Shown here one piece after another: positions 29,264 through 38,595 of a stretch of DNA of 64,000 nt. Under the pieces are notes generated by a model. That model made no database searches, was not told the DNA's origin, and saw nothing but the letters and a program-made list of their open reading frames with translations. This stretch comes from Candidatus Latescibacterota bacterium. Its GTDB lineage: Bacteria > Latescibacterota > UBA2968 > UBA8231. Location: positions 4,480,001 through 4,544,000 of the forward strand of contig OZ252098.1 in NCBI GenBank assembly GCA_965248355.1. The letters are read 5' to 3'. Made by a program: the position numbers and the translations under genes. Numbering within the stretch: position 1 is the stretch's first letter; each line of letters starts with the position of its first letter.

Positions 29264-30107
29264 GGGGCAGCAACCTACTGGACTGCCAAACCAACATCCT
29301 CGCCATCCTCATAGCTCTCGCCGCTGCTTCCAGCCAACGAGCGGCGGCCAGCGACCCCTCGCCCTCCGATCCCCAACGGACCCTGACCTGGCACCTGTCC
29401 GAGCACGTGACCGACAGCTACAGCGGCCAGAACGGCCTCACCCACATCGGCGCCGTCGGGGCCACCTGGCTGCTGATCGAATCCGGCGTCGACGCCGACG
29501 TCCAGGCCTGGGCGGCGCGGCACAGCGAGACCTTCTCCATAGCCGCCAGCGCGCCCGCCCTCATCGGCGGGTTCTTCGTACCCGTAGCCGTGCCGCTCTA
29601 CATGATGCGCTCCGACGCCACGCGCACCCGCGACGGCGGGATGGCCGCGGCCCAGGCGGTCCTCGTCAGCTTCGCCGCAACCAACCTGCTCAAGGCCGTG
29701 ACCGGACGTCTTCCCCCCAACGCCGAGATGCCCCGCGACCCCAGGATGCCGCGCGACGCCGACAGGCGCAGCCGGCGCTTCCGCTTCGGGTTCCTGCGGG
29801 GCGGCATCTTCCACGGCTGGCCCTCGGGCATACGATGACCAACATGGCCCTGGCCGCCTCCTTGAGCAGATATTACAGCGATTCCAGGCGGGTCCGGTAT
29901 TGTGGCTACGGCTTCGCCGCCTATGTCATGGCGGCGGCGACCATCGGGGACCAGGGCGGCGTGCACTGGCTGTCCGACGTGGTCGCGGGCGGCCTGATGG
30001 GCTGGGCCATCGGCAAGACGGTCGGCGAAGGCTTCGCGCGGGGGCGCCTGCAGCCGGTGGCCGCCCCCGGCCGTTGGGGACTGCAACTGACTTTGAACCC
30101 CGGGTAG
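29260..30107 (+). pseudogene. PAP2-family phosphatase split by a 1-nt frameshift
   Basis: K...GR.PP motif, then WPSG; adding one base near 29829 gives PSGHTMTN, continuing into 29835..30107 with HWLSDV..G. Confidence 0.8.
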
Positions 30108-30154
30108 CGGCTGGCCGCGCACGGGCGTCGCACATCCGAGAGGGACCTCCGCGA

Positions 30155-31093
30155 ATGATTGGCCATGAGTGCAGATACGAGTGGTCCCGCGTCACCGGGC
30201 AAGCTGCATTCGAGGCTCGCGACGGTGCGGGCGCCCTGGTCTTCAGGGACAGAATGTGGCTGCTGGGCGGCTGGAATCCGGGGGACCAGGTCCACTTTCC
30301 CCTGATCTGCAACAGCGAGGTCTGGTCATCGGCCGATGGGGCCGCATGGGAGGGGAGGCATTCGGCGGGATACGTGGTCCATGACGGCCGGATGTGGATC
30401 GTGGGCGGCGACTGCAACCAGGGCCACTATCAGAGCGATGTCTGGAGCAGCGCTGACGGCATCCACTGGGATCTGGTGAATGACCGCGTGCCGTGGGCTC
30501 CGCGGGCGCTGCACCATACCCTGGCCTTCGAGGGCCGGATCTGGGTGATGGGCGGCCAGACGATGCCTGAATTCGCCGGCGGTGACGAGGTCTTCTACAA
30601 CGATGTGTGGAGTTCCACCGACGGGGTGGGCTGGACCCGGGTCACCGGGAGCGCTCCGTGGGCGCCCCGTGGGATGATCGGAGGAGCCGCCGTGCTGGGC
30701 GGCAGGATGTGGATCCTCGGTGGCGGCACGTACGATACCCCTGCAACACCGGTCCGGAAGTTCTACAATGACGTGTGGAGCTCGGAAGATGGGATTCACT
30801 GGGACCGGCACGTGGCACATGCTCCCTGGGCGGCCAGGCAGTACCACGAGGTGGCCGTCTTCGATGACCGCATGTGGGTGCTGGAAGGGTGGGCGGCCGA
30901 GAGCGGGAACCGCCGGGACGTGTGGCATTCGGCGGATGGCGTGGAGTGGACCGAGTTGCCCGATACCCCCTGGGCGGACCGGCATGCGGCGAGCGTTTTC
31001 GTCTACGAGGGGTCCCTGTGGATGGTGGCAGGGAACAACATGGAGCCGGACGTCTGGAGGCTGACGCGCGATGTTGGACTTCAAACCACCTGA
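30155..31093 (+). CDS. Kelch-like repeat beta-propeller protein
   Basis: Repeated MW..GG / DVWSS.DG..W.......PW..R units. Confidence 0.82.
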   Translation: MIGHECRYEWSRVTGQAAFEARDGAGALVFRDRMWLLGGWNPGDQVHFPLICNSEVWSSADGAAWEGRHSAGYVVHDGRMWIVGGDCNQGHYQSDVWSSADGIHWDLVNDRVPWAPRALHHTLAFEGRIWVMGGQTMPEFAGGDEVFYNDVWSSTDGVGWTRVTGSAPWAPRGMIGGAAVLGGRMWILGGGTYDTPATPVRKFYNDVWSSEDGIHWDRHVAHAPWAARQYHEVAVFDDRMWVLEGWAAESGNRRDVWHSADGVEWTELPDTPWADRHAASVFVYEGSLWMVAGNNMEPDVWRLTRDVGLQTT

Positions 31094-32246
31094 ACCCAAC
31101 ACGGCGGTGATCCGTATCGTACGAGCGGTGATGCCGTTGGTGAACCGCCTGCATCTGAAGGGCTTGACGCTGGATGTCGATGCGGAGTCGATGGCCCGGT
31201 TGCAGGCGGTACAGGGCCATTCCACGGTCCTGGCTCCCAACCATCCGGCCCACGAGGATCCCGTGGTCATGTTCCTGCTGTCGGGGCGGATGTCACAACC
31301 GTTCTACTACATGGCGGCCCGGGAGGTCTTCGACAGGGGCCGATTCGGGACTGTCAGATGCCGCCTGATGCAGCGGGTGGGCGTCTACTCGGTGGTGCGC
31401 GGCACCGCCGACAGGGATGCCTTCCGGACGACGCGGCAACTGTTGTTCGAGGGGGACCGGCCGATCGTCATCTTTGGAGAGGGGGAGATCTCGCGCCAGA
31501 ATGACACTGTCATGCGTTTCGAGAGAGGCCTTGTGCAGATGTGCTTCTGGGCCCTGGACGATATGGAGAAAGCGGAAGCCAACAAGCCGCTCTTTGTCGT
31601 GCCCGTGGGCATCAAGTACCACTACCCGCGAGACATGTGGAGTTCCATCGATGCCGCTCTCACGAGGTTGGAGAGGAACATCCTCCCCTCGGCCGAACGG
31701 ACGCCGGTGGAGCGCTACGAACGGTTGCGCCGCATCGGTATTGCGGTGTGCAGGACACTCGCTGCGGAATATCAGTACGAGATGGACGAAACCGTGTCCC
31801 TCGATGTACACATCGAGAGGTTGAAAGGCGCGATCCTGTCCCGTGCCGAAGGGATTCTGGGCATTCAGACGGAAGCCGACATACTCACACGGACTCGTGC
31901 GCTGAAGAACCTGGTGGATGCCCAGGTCCATCAGGACATTGAGGAGATGACGGAATACGAACGGAAGATACATGGAGAGCAGCTCCAGAAGTTCGAGCAG
32001 TTCTATCCCGACCTGGAGCGGCTGATCAACTTCATCTCGATTACCGACGGGTATGTCGCCGAAGAGCCGTCGCCCGGGCGGTACCTGGATGTGATTCTCC
32101 GCCTCGAGAGAGAGGTCCTCGGCAGGTGGGAAATGCGGGGGCCGCGGGTGGCATCGGTCCGCGTCGGAGAACCGATAGATCTCAGGGAGCGCCATGATTC
32201 CTACCGGACTCGGAAGAGGGAGACGGTCGAAGAGATTACCACATGA
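31071..32246 (+). CDS. Lysophospholipid/glycerol acyltransferase (PlsC-like)
   Basis: NHPAHED (HX4D), YMAAREVF, IFGEGE, PVGIKY; likely frameshift near the C-terminus (ELETSVQSLVGGLS* continues in another frame to 32289). Confidence 0.85.
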   Translation: MLDFKPPEPNTAVIRIVRAVMPLVNRLHLKGLTLDVDAESMARLQAVQGHSTVLAPNHPAHEDPVVMFLLSGRMSQPFYYMAAREVFDRGRFGTVRCRLMQRVGVYSVVRGTADRDAFRTTRQLLFEGDRPIVIFGEGEISRQNDTVMRFERGLVQMCFWALDDMEKAEANKPLFVVPVGIKYHYPRDMWSSIDAALTRLERNILPSAERTPVERYERLRRIGIAVCRTLAAEYQYEMDETVSLDVHIERLKGAILSRAEGILGIQTEADILTRTRALKNLVDAQVHQDIEEMTEYERKIHGEQLQKFEQFYPDLERLINFISITDGYVAEEPSPGRYLDVILRLEREVLGRWEMRGPRVASVRVGEPIDLRERHDSYRTRKRETVEEITT

Positions 32247-32352
32247 ACTCGAGACATCCGTTCAGAGTCTGGTCGGTGGGTTGTCCTGATCCGGGGAGCC
32301 GGATGTCTGGAGCCTCTCAGGCCTCTGTCCGGGGGCGGGGCGTGGGTCACGG

Positions 32353-32757
32353 ATGACCGACTTGCTGCGCGACGGGGCGTTGGTGGGTGTCGGCGGGTTC
32401 TTCGGCGCCGCCGGGAGGTTCCTGCTGACCGGATGGATCGGCGCCCATGCCGGAAACTTCCCCTACGGCACCCTGACGGTGAACGTCATGGGGTCGCTGG
32501 TCATCGGCTTCATGGCGGCGGCCCTCACCGACCGGGTGCTGGCCGGCGCCGCGGTGCGGCTGTTGGTGATGGCGGGCTTCCTCGGTGCCTTCACCACGTT
32601 CTCGGCCTTCAGCTACGAATCGGTCCAGCTCTGGCACACGGGCCGCTGGCCGGCCTTGCTCGCCAACATCGGCTTGAGCGTTGGCGGCTGCCTGCTGGCC
32701 ACCACCGCCGGGATGGTGGCCGCGCGGGCGCTGACGGCCGGTCAACCGTTCGAATAG
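32353..32757 (+). CDS. crcB: Fluoride efflux channel Fluc/CrcB
   Basis: GG..GA..R, FPYGTL.VN..GS, GFLGAFTTFSAF..E. Confidence 0.95.
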   Translation: MTDLLRDGALVGVGGFFGAAGRFLLTGWIGAHAGNFPYGTLTVNVMGSLVIGFMAAALTDRVLAGAAVRLLVMAGFLGAFTTFSAFSYESVQLWHTGRWPALLANIGLSVGGCLLATTAGMVAARALTAGQPFE

Positions 32758-32761
32758 GAGG

Positions 32762-34231
32762 ATGGGCATGCAGATCGCTGCGAAGGTGAACTTCGGACCA
32801 GACCTCGGACAGAACCTGGGGACCGTGCTCGAAGCGCGGGACGGGGACGGCCGGGTGCTGTTCGGGGCCGGGTTCATGGGGCTCTTCAACACCCATTTCC
32901 GCATGGACCGCTGGACGCTGCAGTTCTTTCTCCGTCACGACGGCGGTGAGGCGACCTGTGAGAAGCTGCCCTTTCCAACCGAGGACGGCGGCAACTACCT
33001 CTTCGATCTCGACGGCCGGGTCTACCAGTTCAGCCCTCATCACGATCGCACGGCGCGCTGGTACGATGACGATTCCGGGGCCTGGGTCGTCGACGAGAGG
33101 TTCGGCGTCGGGGAGACGGTGAGCGGCGAGGGGATGATGCGTCTGGCCGGCAAGCTGCTCCAGTTCAAGGGCGGCGAGGCCTGGTACGACGGGGTGAAGA
33201 TCCTGATGAAGCCGGAGGAGGGCCGTTACCACCATTTCTACTACTCCCACGGCCACCTCGTCTTCTATCAGAACAACACCCCGGAATGGAGCAAGCTCCA
33301 TGCGGTCCCCTGGCGGCCGGGCGACGGCCCTCTCGACCTGGACAGGGCGAGCACCCTGGACCTTCGCTATGCGGGCGAGACCTCTTTCTCGGCCGGGCAA
33401 CTGGGGGACGAGATCATCCAGTCCTCCAACGTCGGCGGAGTCTACGCCTTCGACGGTTCGGCGTGGCGGATCATTCGCCAGTCCCTGACGGGCGTCAGCC
33501 ACCAGCTCTACTCGATGCTGAACTGGTACGATCGCATGCTGATCGGCCACTATCCGACGGGGAACCTCCTGGAATACGTGGAAAGGGGGACGGAGCTGCG
33601 TCACCTGCAGGACTGGCCGCCGGTGATGCCCGGTGTCTCCACCGAGGTCCGAGAGGCGCAGACGACCTGCCTCTTCGGAGGCGACGTGCACGTGGGGGTC
33701 TGGCCGTGGGCGGAGCTGTGGCGCTACGACCATCACGGCGACGAGTGGCGCTTTGTCCGCAGGATGTTCGAGCATCCCGGGATCACGGACGAGATGAACC
33801 ACCCCTGGGAAGACCGGACCGTGGGCTACAACGAGATTCACGGAGACAAGATCGTCTGGAACGACTGGGGCAATCGGACGACCGGTCTGGCTCCGATGGG
33901 TGATTCCCTCTTCATCTCCACGAGCGCCAAGGGTTGTCAGCAGCGGGACATGAGGATGGAGTTCCTCCACGACGACGAGATCTGGGACGAGTACCGGACC
34001 GTGCACCGCATGCGCAAGCCGGGAAACGCCGCGGGTCCCGTGGCCTGGAAGGAGGGGGAGACCAAACTCGAGTTCATCGCCGAGGGAGACCGCATCGCCA
34101 TCGCCCAGGATGGTGTCGAGATCGCATCGGCGCCGGCCGACCCCAAGGTCGTCGCAAACCTGGAAAAGGCGCGGATCGAGTGGGGGCAGGGCATGTACGG
34201 ACCGTTCGTCGGTGAGGTGGTGCCGCAATGA
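32762..34231 (+). CDS. Hypothetical protein (aromatic-rich, possibly beta-propeller)
   Basis: Long ORF with GGAGG RBS, ATGA overlap with the next gene, protein-like composition; no family recognised. Confidence 0.7.
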   Translation: MGMQIAAKVNFGPDLGQNLGTVLEARDGDGRVLFGAGFMGLFNTHFRMDRWTLQFFLRHDGGEATCEKLPFPTEDGGNYLFDLDGRVYQFSPHHDRTARWYDDDSGAWVVDERFGVGETVSGEGMMRLAGKLLQFKGGEAWYDGVKILMKPEEGRYHHFYYSHGHLVFYQNNTPEWSKLHAVPWRPGDGPLDLDRASTLDLRYAGETSFSAGQLGDEIIQSSNVGGVYAFDGSAWRIIRQSLTGVSHQLYSMLNWYDRMLIGHYPTGNLLEYVERGTELRHLQDWPPVMPGVSTEVREAQTTCLFGGDVHVGVWPWAELWRYDHHGDEWRFVRRMFEHPGITDEMNHPWEDRTVGYNEIHGDKIVWNDWGNRTTGLAPMGDSLFISTSAKGCQQRDMRMEFLHDDEIWDEYRTVHRMRKPGNAAGPVAWKEGETKLEFIAEGDRIAIAQDGVEIASAPADPKVVANLEKARIEWGQGMYGPFVGEVVPQ

Positions 34232-35025
34232 CGGAGACCTACGCCGAGCAGGGGTTTCTCATTCTGCGGCAGGCTTTCTCGAAGGGCCGCATCGAGTCCC
34301 TTCTCGAAGGGGTCGAGAGTCTGATCGACAAGGGGCTGGCGGGAGAGTGCGAGTTAAGCTGGATCGACCGCGGGCGCCGGCTGCCGTCACGCACCGGTCA
34401 CATGCTTGACCCCGACAAGTACCACCCCGCCTTCGCCGACTGGATCGACGAGGATCTGGCACCCCAGCTCGAGGCCCTGGTCTGCGGCTCGGAGGTGCGC
34501 CACAGCCTCTTCGGCATGCTCGCCGCCGGCGGCGGCCAGGCGTACACCCAGAAGTGGCACCGCGACCTCGGCCGGCCGGGAGACCCGGACGAGACCGCCT
34601 ACCTGCGCCGGCACGAAGGCCGCTTCGTGCAGTTCAACGCCCCCCTCGTGGCCGGCGACCGCTTCCTCCACATCGTCCCCGGGAGCCACCTGCGGGCATC
34701 GACGGATGCCGAGATCGAAGCCTCCCGCAGCGAATCGGGGGAGATGCCCAACGCCCTCGTGGTCGAGCTGGAACCAGGGGACATCGTCCACTACAACGCC
34801 AACCTCTGGCACCGCGGCTGGAACCCCGAGGGCCGCAAGCGCTGGACCCTGCACTGCGCCTTCTGGAGCGCCGGGGTCACGGTGATGAAGCACGAGCACG
34901 GACAGCGCGAGGCCCTGACCCGGCCGGGGCACCTGGAGCGGATGCCGCCTGTTACGCGGCGGTACATCCAGCGCTACCTGGATGACTATCCCGAGGGGGA
35001 CCCGCCCTCTCTGTTTGATTTGTAA
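34228..35025 (+). CDS. Phytanoyl-CoA dioxygenase (PhyH) family Fe/2OG enzyme
   Basis: WHRD (HxD), VPGSH, L.PGD, LWHRG, R.TLH. Confidence 0.85.
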   Translation: MTETYAEQGFLILRQAFSKGRIESLLEGVESLIDKGLAGECELSWIDRGRRLPSRTGHMLDPDKYHPAFADWIDEDLAPQLEALVCGSEVRHSLFGMLAAGGGQAYTQKWHRDLGRPGDPDETAYLRRHEGRFVQFNAPLVAGDRFLHIVPGSHLRASTDAEIEASRSESGEMPNALVVELEPGDIVHYNANLWHRGWNPEGRKRWTLHCAFWSAGVTVMKHEHGQREALTRPGHLERMPPVTRRYIQRYLDDYPEGDPPSLFDL

Positions 35026-35029
35026 ACCC

Positions 35030-38000
35030 TCACCCCCCGCCCCCAACCACCGCCCGGTTGTTCCCCCGGTACAGCTCCCGCACGCCATCCCCCGGATCCA
35101 CCGCAACCACCAGCCCTCCCGACGGCGGCAGCCCCGCCACCTCCACCCACGTGGAGCGCTCCACGAAGTCGGTGGGCGCCGGGATCGGCGGCACCTCCGC
35201 CGCCGCCAGCACCGCCCCCTCCAGCGACCGCACCACCAGCCGCGCCGGCGGTGACGGCTTCGCGCCGACGTTGGAGACCCGCACCCTCAGGGTGGAGCCG
35301 CTCCGCTCGCAGTCGTAGGCGGCCACGGCCAGGTCCGGCAGCCGGCCGTCGCCGGGGGCGGGATCGGCCAGGCGCACGCCGAGGGTCACCTCGCGGCCCG
35401 GCGGCATCTCCAGGGTGACCGTGTCGTAGCGCTGCAGCTCCTGGCGGCGGGACCACAGCAGTTGTCCGGCGGTGTCCTCCTCCGACTCGTGAAGGCTGAT
35501 CTCGAAGGCCCCGGGGTCGATCCGGTAGAGCCGCGCCGTCACCTTGCGGGGCAGGGGATCGAAGGAGAACAGGCGGCATTCCAGGCCGGTGCTGTCGGCC
35601 CAGGTCACCCACTGAGCCAGGTCCTGGCCGCCGCCCTCGGGCCAGGAGAGGGTGATGCTCAGGTCGTCGGAGTTGGGGTTGCGCGTCGAGTGGCCCCAGC
35701 CGCCGAGGACCATGCCGGTGATGATCTGCTCGCCGCCGCGCCGGGCGTTCCAGGCCTCCGTGTAGCGGCGGAAGCGCAGGTCGCCGCTCTCCTTGTGGTA
35801 GTGGGTCAGGCTGCCCATGACCTGCGCCTCCGGCGGGCTCCGGTAGGCGTGCCTCGGCCCCGTTCCCCAGTACCAGCGCAGGACGTTGTAGTCGTAGAGG
35901 AAGGGCTCGCCGCCGAAGTAGTACTGCGGTGTGCGCTCCGGCTTGCCGAGGTGCCACGCGGTCTCCAGGGCCCGGCGCATGATGTGGGGGTCGCCGAGCT
36001 CGAAGAGCACGGAGTGGAACCGCGTGCTGTAGAGGTCCTCCGTGTGGAACTGGTCCATGGGCGAGATGCGCACCCGGCCGCCGCCGAGCATGTTGGTGCG
36101 GTCCAGGCCCTCGAAGAGCCTCAGGAACATCCGCCGGGCCCCGAGGTGGCCGTCGAGGGGCACGTCGTAGCGGCCCACGAGGAGGAAGACGTCGTCGTTC
36201 CAGCCCTCGCCGAGCTGGCCGTCCGAGTTCTGGTTGCGGACCATCCAGTCGATGACGCGCAGCCGGAAGGCCTTGGCCCTCTGCTGCAGCCAGGCCCAGG
36301 GGGGCACGCCCTCGGGCACCCGGTCCGGCGAGAAGGAGGCGGCGGGCGGCACCGCCAGTCCGTAGGCGTCGCGGGCCTGGGGCAGGACGCCGGCCATGTC
36401 GAGGTAGTCCTGGGCGATGACGGAGCGGGGCCGCACCCGGCTCACGGCCAGGGCCGGCATGACGGAGTCGAAGTGGCCGCCCAGGGTGTGGGGATCGTCG
36501 AGGTCGGGGGGGATGCGCTCGAAGATCCAGGGCCGGTAGTGGGCCTTGGTGGCCTCGGCGACGACGGGCATCAGGCCCTTGCTCTCGAAGGCCGCTTCCG
36601 AAGCCTCGAGGGGCGCCTTCTTCAGTACGATGCGGCTCGCCCCCTCGCCGCCGATGCGGATGCGGGCGTTGTCGTGGCTGGCCACGTCGAGCCAGATGCG
36701 GTCGCCGGCGGGCAGAATGAGGGGCGGCGGGTCCAGGAGCAGGCGCAGCCGGCCGCCGTCGCCGTCGAAGCCCCGCAGCTTGACCTCGGCGTGGGTCCAG
36801 ACGCGGTGGGGCAGGCCGGGGTCGCGCAGCCGCACCACGAGCAGGTCCTCACGGGTCCGGGTCCGCACCTGCAGGTCGAGGAGGATGGCGCCGACGCAGG
36901 TCTGGCCCGTCACCGGCGCGGTCACCAGGTGGATCCGGTTCAGGTATCCCGTCTCCACCCACTCGGGGTCCCCCTCGGGCGGGGTGCGGTAGGCGAAGAG
37001 GGTCTCGCGCTCCCCGAGGCCGTGCTGGGTCCGCAGGGCCAGGTCGTACCGCGGCTCCAGGCGGCCTCCGCGGCGCAGGTAGAAGGCGGTCTCCTCGGCG
37101 GGGTCCGGCGAGTACGGCTGCAGGGTGACGTCGAACAGGCCCACCTCGTGGACCCGCGTGCGGCCGGTGAGGGGCAGCCGCAGGTCGCCCTCGAAGCCGG
37201 GGGGCGCGCCGTATCCCTGCAGGAAGGGCAGGTGGAAGGGGCCGTGGGCCTCGCGGGGGAGGGTGGCGGCGAAGAAGAAGCGCTCGTCCCCCGGCAGGTC
37301 GAGGAAGACCTCGCCCTCGAACAGGCCCTCCTCGTCGCGGCGCAGGTCCGTCAGGGCCGCGGGGATCTCGGCGAAGTGGCCTTCGAGGGTGAGGTAGTTG
37401 AAGACGGCGCCCTCGCCGGGGTCCACGTCGAGCCTCTCGGCCTGGTGGGCGGCGTCGCCCGGGATCGGCGTGAAGACGTCCTGCGGGTGCGGCCAGGCCA
37501 GCTCGTAGCGGCCGTCGCGGCAGAAGTAGGCGGGGATGTTCTCCTCGCCCACGAAGTCCGGAACGATCTCGGTGAAGGCCAGGACGCGCCCGGCGTCCAG
37601 GGGCTCCAGAGAGGGCAGGTCTGCGTCCGGTCCCAGGCCGAAGGCGCGGGCCAGCCGGTCGCGGTCCTTGCGCGTGCGCGGCGTCGTCTCCCCAGAGGCC
37701 GGAGGCGTGTTCGTCCGCGCCAGCGCCTCGATTTCGGACCGCTCCAGGGGGCGGGAGAAGGCGTGCAGCTCGTCGTACACGACGTGGGGCATGGGCAGGT
37801 GGAAGAGCCCGGGCAGGGCCGTCTCCCACCAGGCGTCCCGGCCCCGGGAGGAGGCCGCGGTCTCGCCGTTGACGATCAGCTCCAGCCCCCGCGCCTTGTC
37901 CCAGTTGAGGACCACGTGGTTCCAGCGGTCCGGGTCCCACTCCTCTTTGGAGCGGATCTCGTGGCGGACGTAGCGGGCGTCCACCAGATGGGCGGCGAGG

Positions 38001-38521
38001 CGCTGATCGGCGCCGGCGGTGATCGCCAGCAGGTCCTTCTCGGCCCGGCCCCAGGCCATGGCCGACTGGTTGAACAGCTCCCCTTCGATGAGCGCGCCCC
38101 TCACCCAGAAGGCCACGGCGCCGCTGCCCGTGTTGAACCGTCCGGCGCCCCACAGGAAGGGCTGGTTGTCGGCGGTCCAGTGCTCGCGGTGCCTCCAGGT
38201 GCGGAAGATGACGGCCGTGATCTCGTCCAGGTCGCCGCCGCTCATCTCGTCACGCAGGTCGATGTGCGGCGTCAGGTTCATGCGCAGCCCCGTGCCGAAG
38301 CGCCCCTCCTCCAGGGTCAGGCCCCTCTGCTCGATGGTCTTGTGGCCGCCCCGGGCGACGAAGTCCTGCTCGAGGAAGCCGAAGTCGTCGAAGGAGAGGT
38401 GGAGGGTGGCCGGCCCGGCGGACTCGGCGCCGGCGGGCAGAAGGACGGGGGGGAGGAGGGCGAGGGCGAGGAGGATGGCGGAGGTGAGCGCGCCGGCCGC
38501 CGGCCTGGGTCGGTCTGTCAT
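35030..38521 (-). CDS. Large secreted protein: signal peptide, LamG-like domain, C-terminal CARDB-like Ig domain
   Basis: Hydrophobic signal; GRFG.G, G.VAFW, WNHVVLNW...L.VNG, DEL..F.R.L...EI (LamG); PDLAV...V.NVG...VDP...V.E....NN (CARDB). Confidence 0.72.
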   Translation of the reverse strand: MTDRPRPAAGALTSAILLALALLPPVLLPAGAESAGPATLHLSFDDFGFLEQDFVARGGHKTIEQRGLTLEEGRFGTGLRMNLTPHIDLRDEMSGGDLDEITAVIFRTWRHREHWTADNQPFLWGAGRFNTGSGAVAFWVRGALIEGELFNQSAMAWGRAEKDLLAITAGADQRLAAHLVDARYVRHEIRSKEEWDPDRWNHVVLNWDKARGLELIVNGETAASSRGRDAWWETALPGLFHLPMPHVVYDELHAFSRPLERSEIEALARTNTPPASGETTPRTRKDRDRLARAFGLGPDADLPSLEPLDAGRVLAFTEIVPDFVGEENIPAYFCRDGRYELAWPHPQDVFTPIPGDAAHQAERLDVDPGEGAVFNYLTLEGHFAEIPAALTDLRRDEEGLFEGEVFLDLPGDERFFFAATLPREAHGPFHLPFLQGYGAPPGFEGDLRLPLTGRTRVHEVGLFDVTLQPYSPDPAEETAFYLRRGGRLEPRYDLALRTQHGLGERETLFAYRTPPEGDPEWVETGYLNRIHLVTAPVTGQTCVGAILLDLQVRTRTREDLLVVRLRDPGLPHRVWTHAEVKLRGFDGDGGRLRLLLDPPPLILPAGDRIWLDVASHDNARIRIGGEGASRIVLKKAPLEASEAAFESKGLMPVVAEATKAHYRPWIFERIPPDLDDPHTLGGHFDSVMPALAVSRVRPRSVIAQDYLDMAGVLPQARDAYGLAVPPAASFSPDRVPEGVPPWAWLQQRAKAFRLRVIDWMVRNQNSDGQLGEGWNDDVFLLVGRYDVPLDGHLGARRMFLRLFEGLDRTNMLGGGRVRISPMDQFHTEDLYSTRFHSVLFELGDPHIMRRALETAWHLGKPERTPQYYFGGEPFLYDYNVLRWYWGTGPRHAYRSPPEAQVMGSLTHYHKESGDLRFRRYTEAWNARRGGEQIITGMVLGGWGHSTRNPNSDDLSITLSWPEGGGQDLAQWVTWADSTGLECRLFSFDPLPRKVTARLYRIDPGAFEISLHESEEDTAGQLLWSRRQELQRYDTVTLEMPPGREVTLGVRLADPAPGDGRLPDLAVAAYDCERSGSTLRVRVSNVGAKPSPPARLVVRSLEGAVLAAAEVPPIPAPTDFVERSTWVEVAGLPPSGGLVVAVDPGDGVRELYRGNNRAVVGGGG

Positions 38522-38595
38522 GTATAGACTCTGTGTCTTGGCGTGAGTGGGCCGGGAATGATAGCGGACTACCTTGTCACGGAAAGGGGAGAGCC

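Noticed and set aside
32244..32246. Selenocysteine or stop-codon readthrough at the acyltransferase TGA
   Set aside because: The plausible continuation is in a different frame, so an indel explains it better
32290..32352. Fluoride riboswitch upstream of crcB
   Set aside because: No recognisable GATG...CTGATG-type consensus in the short leader
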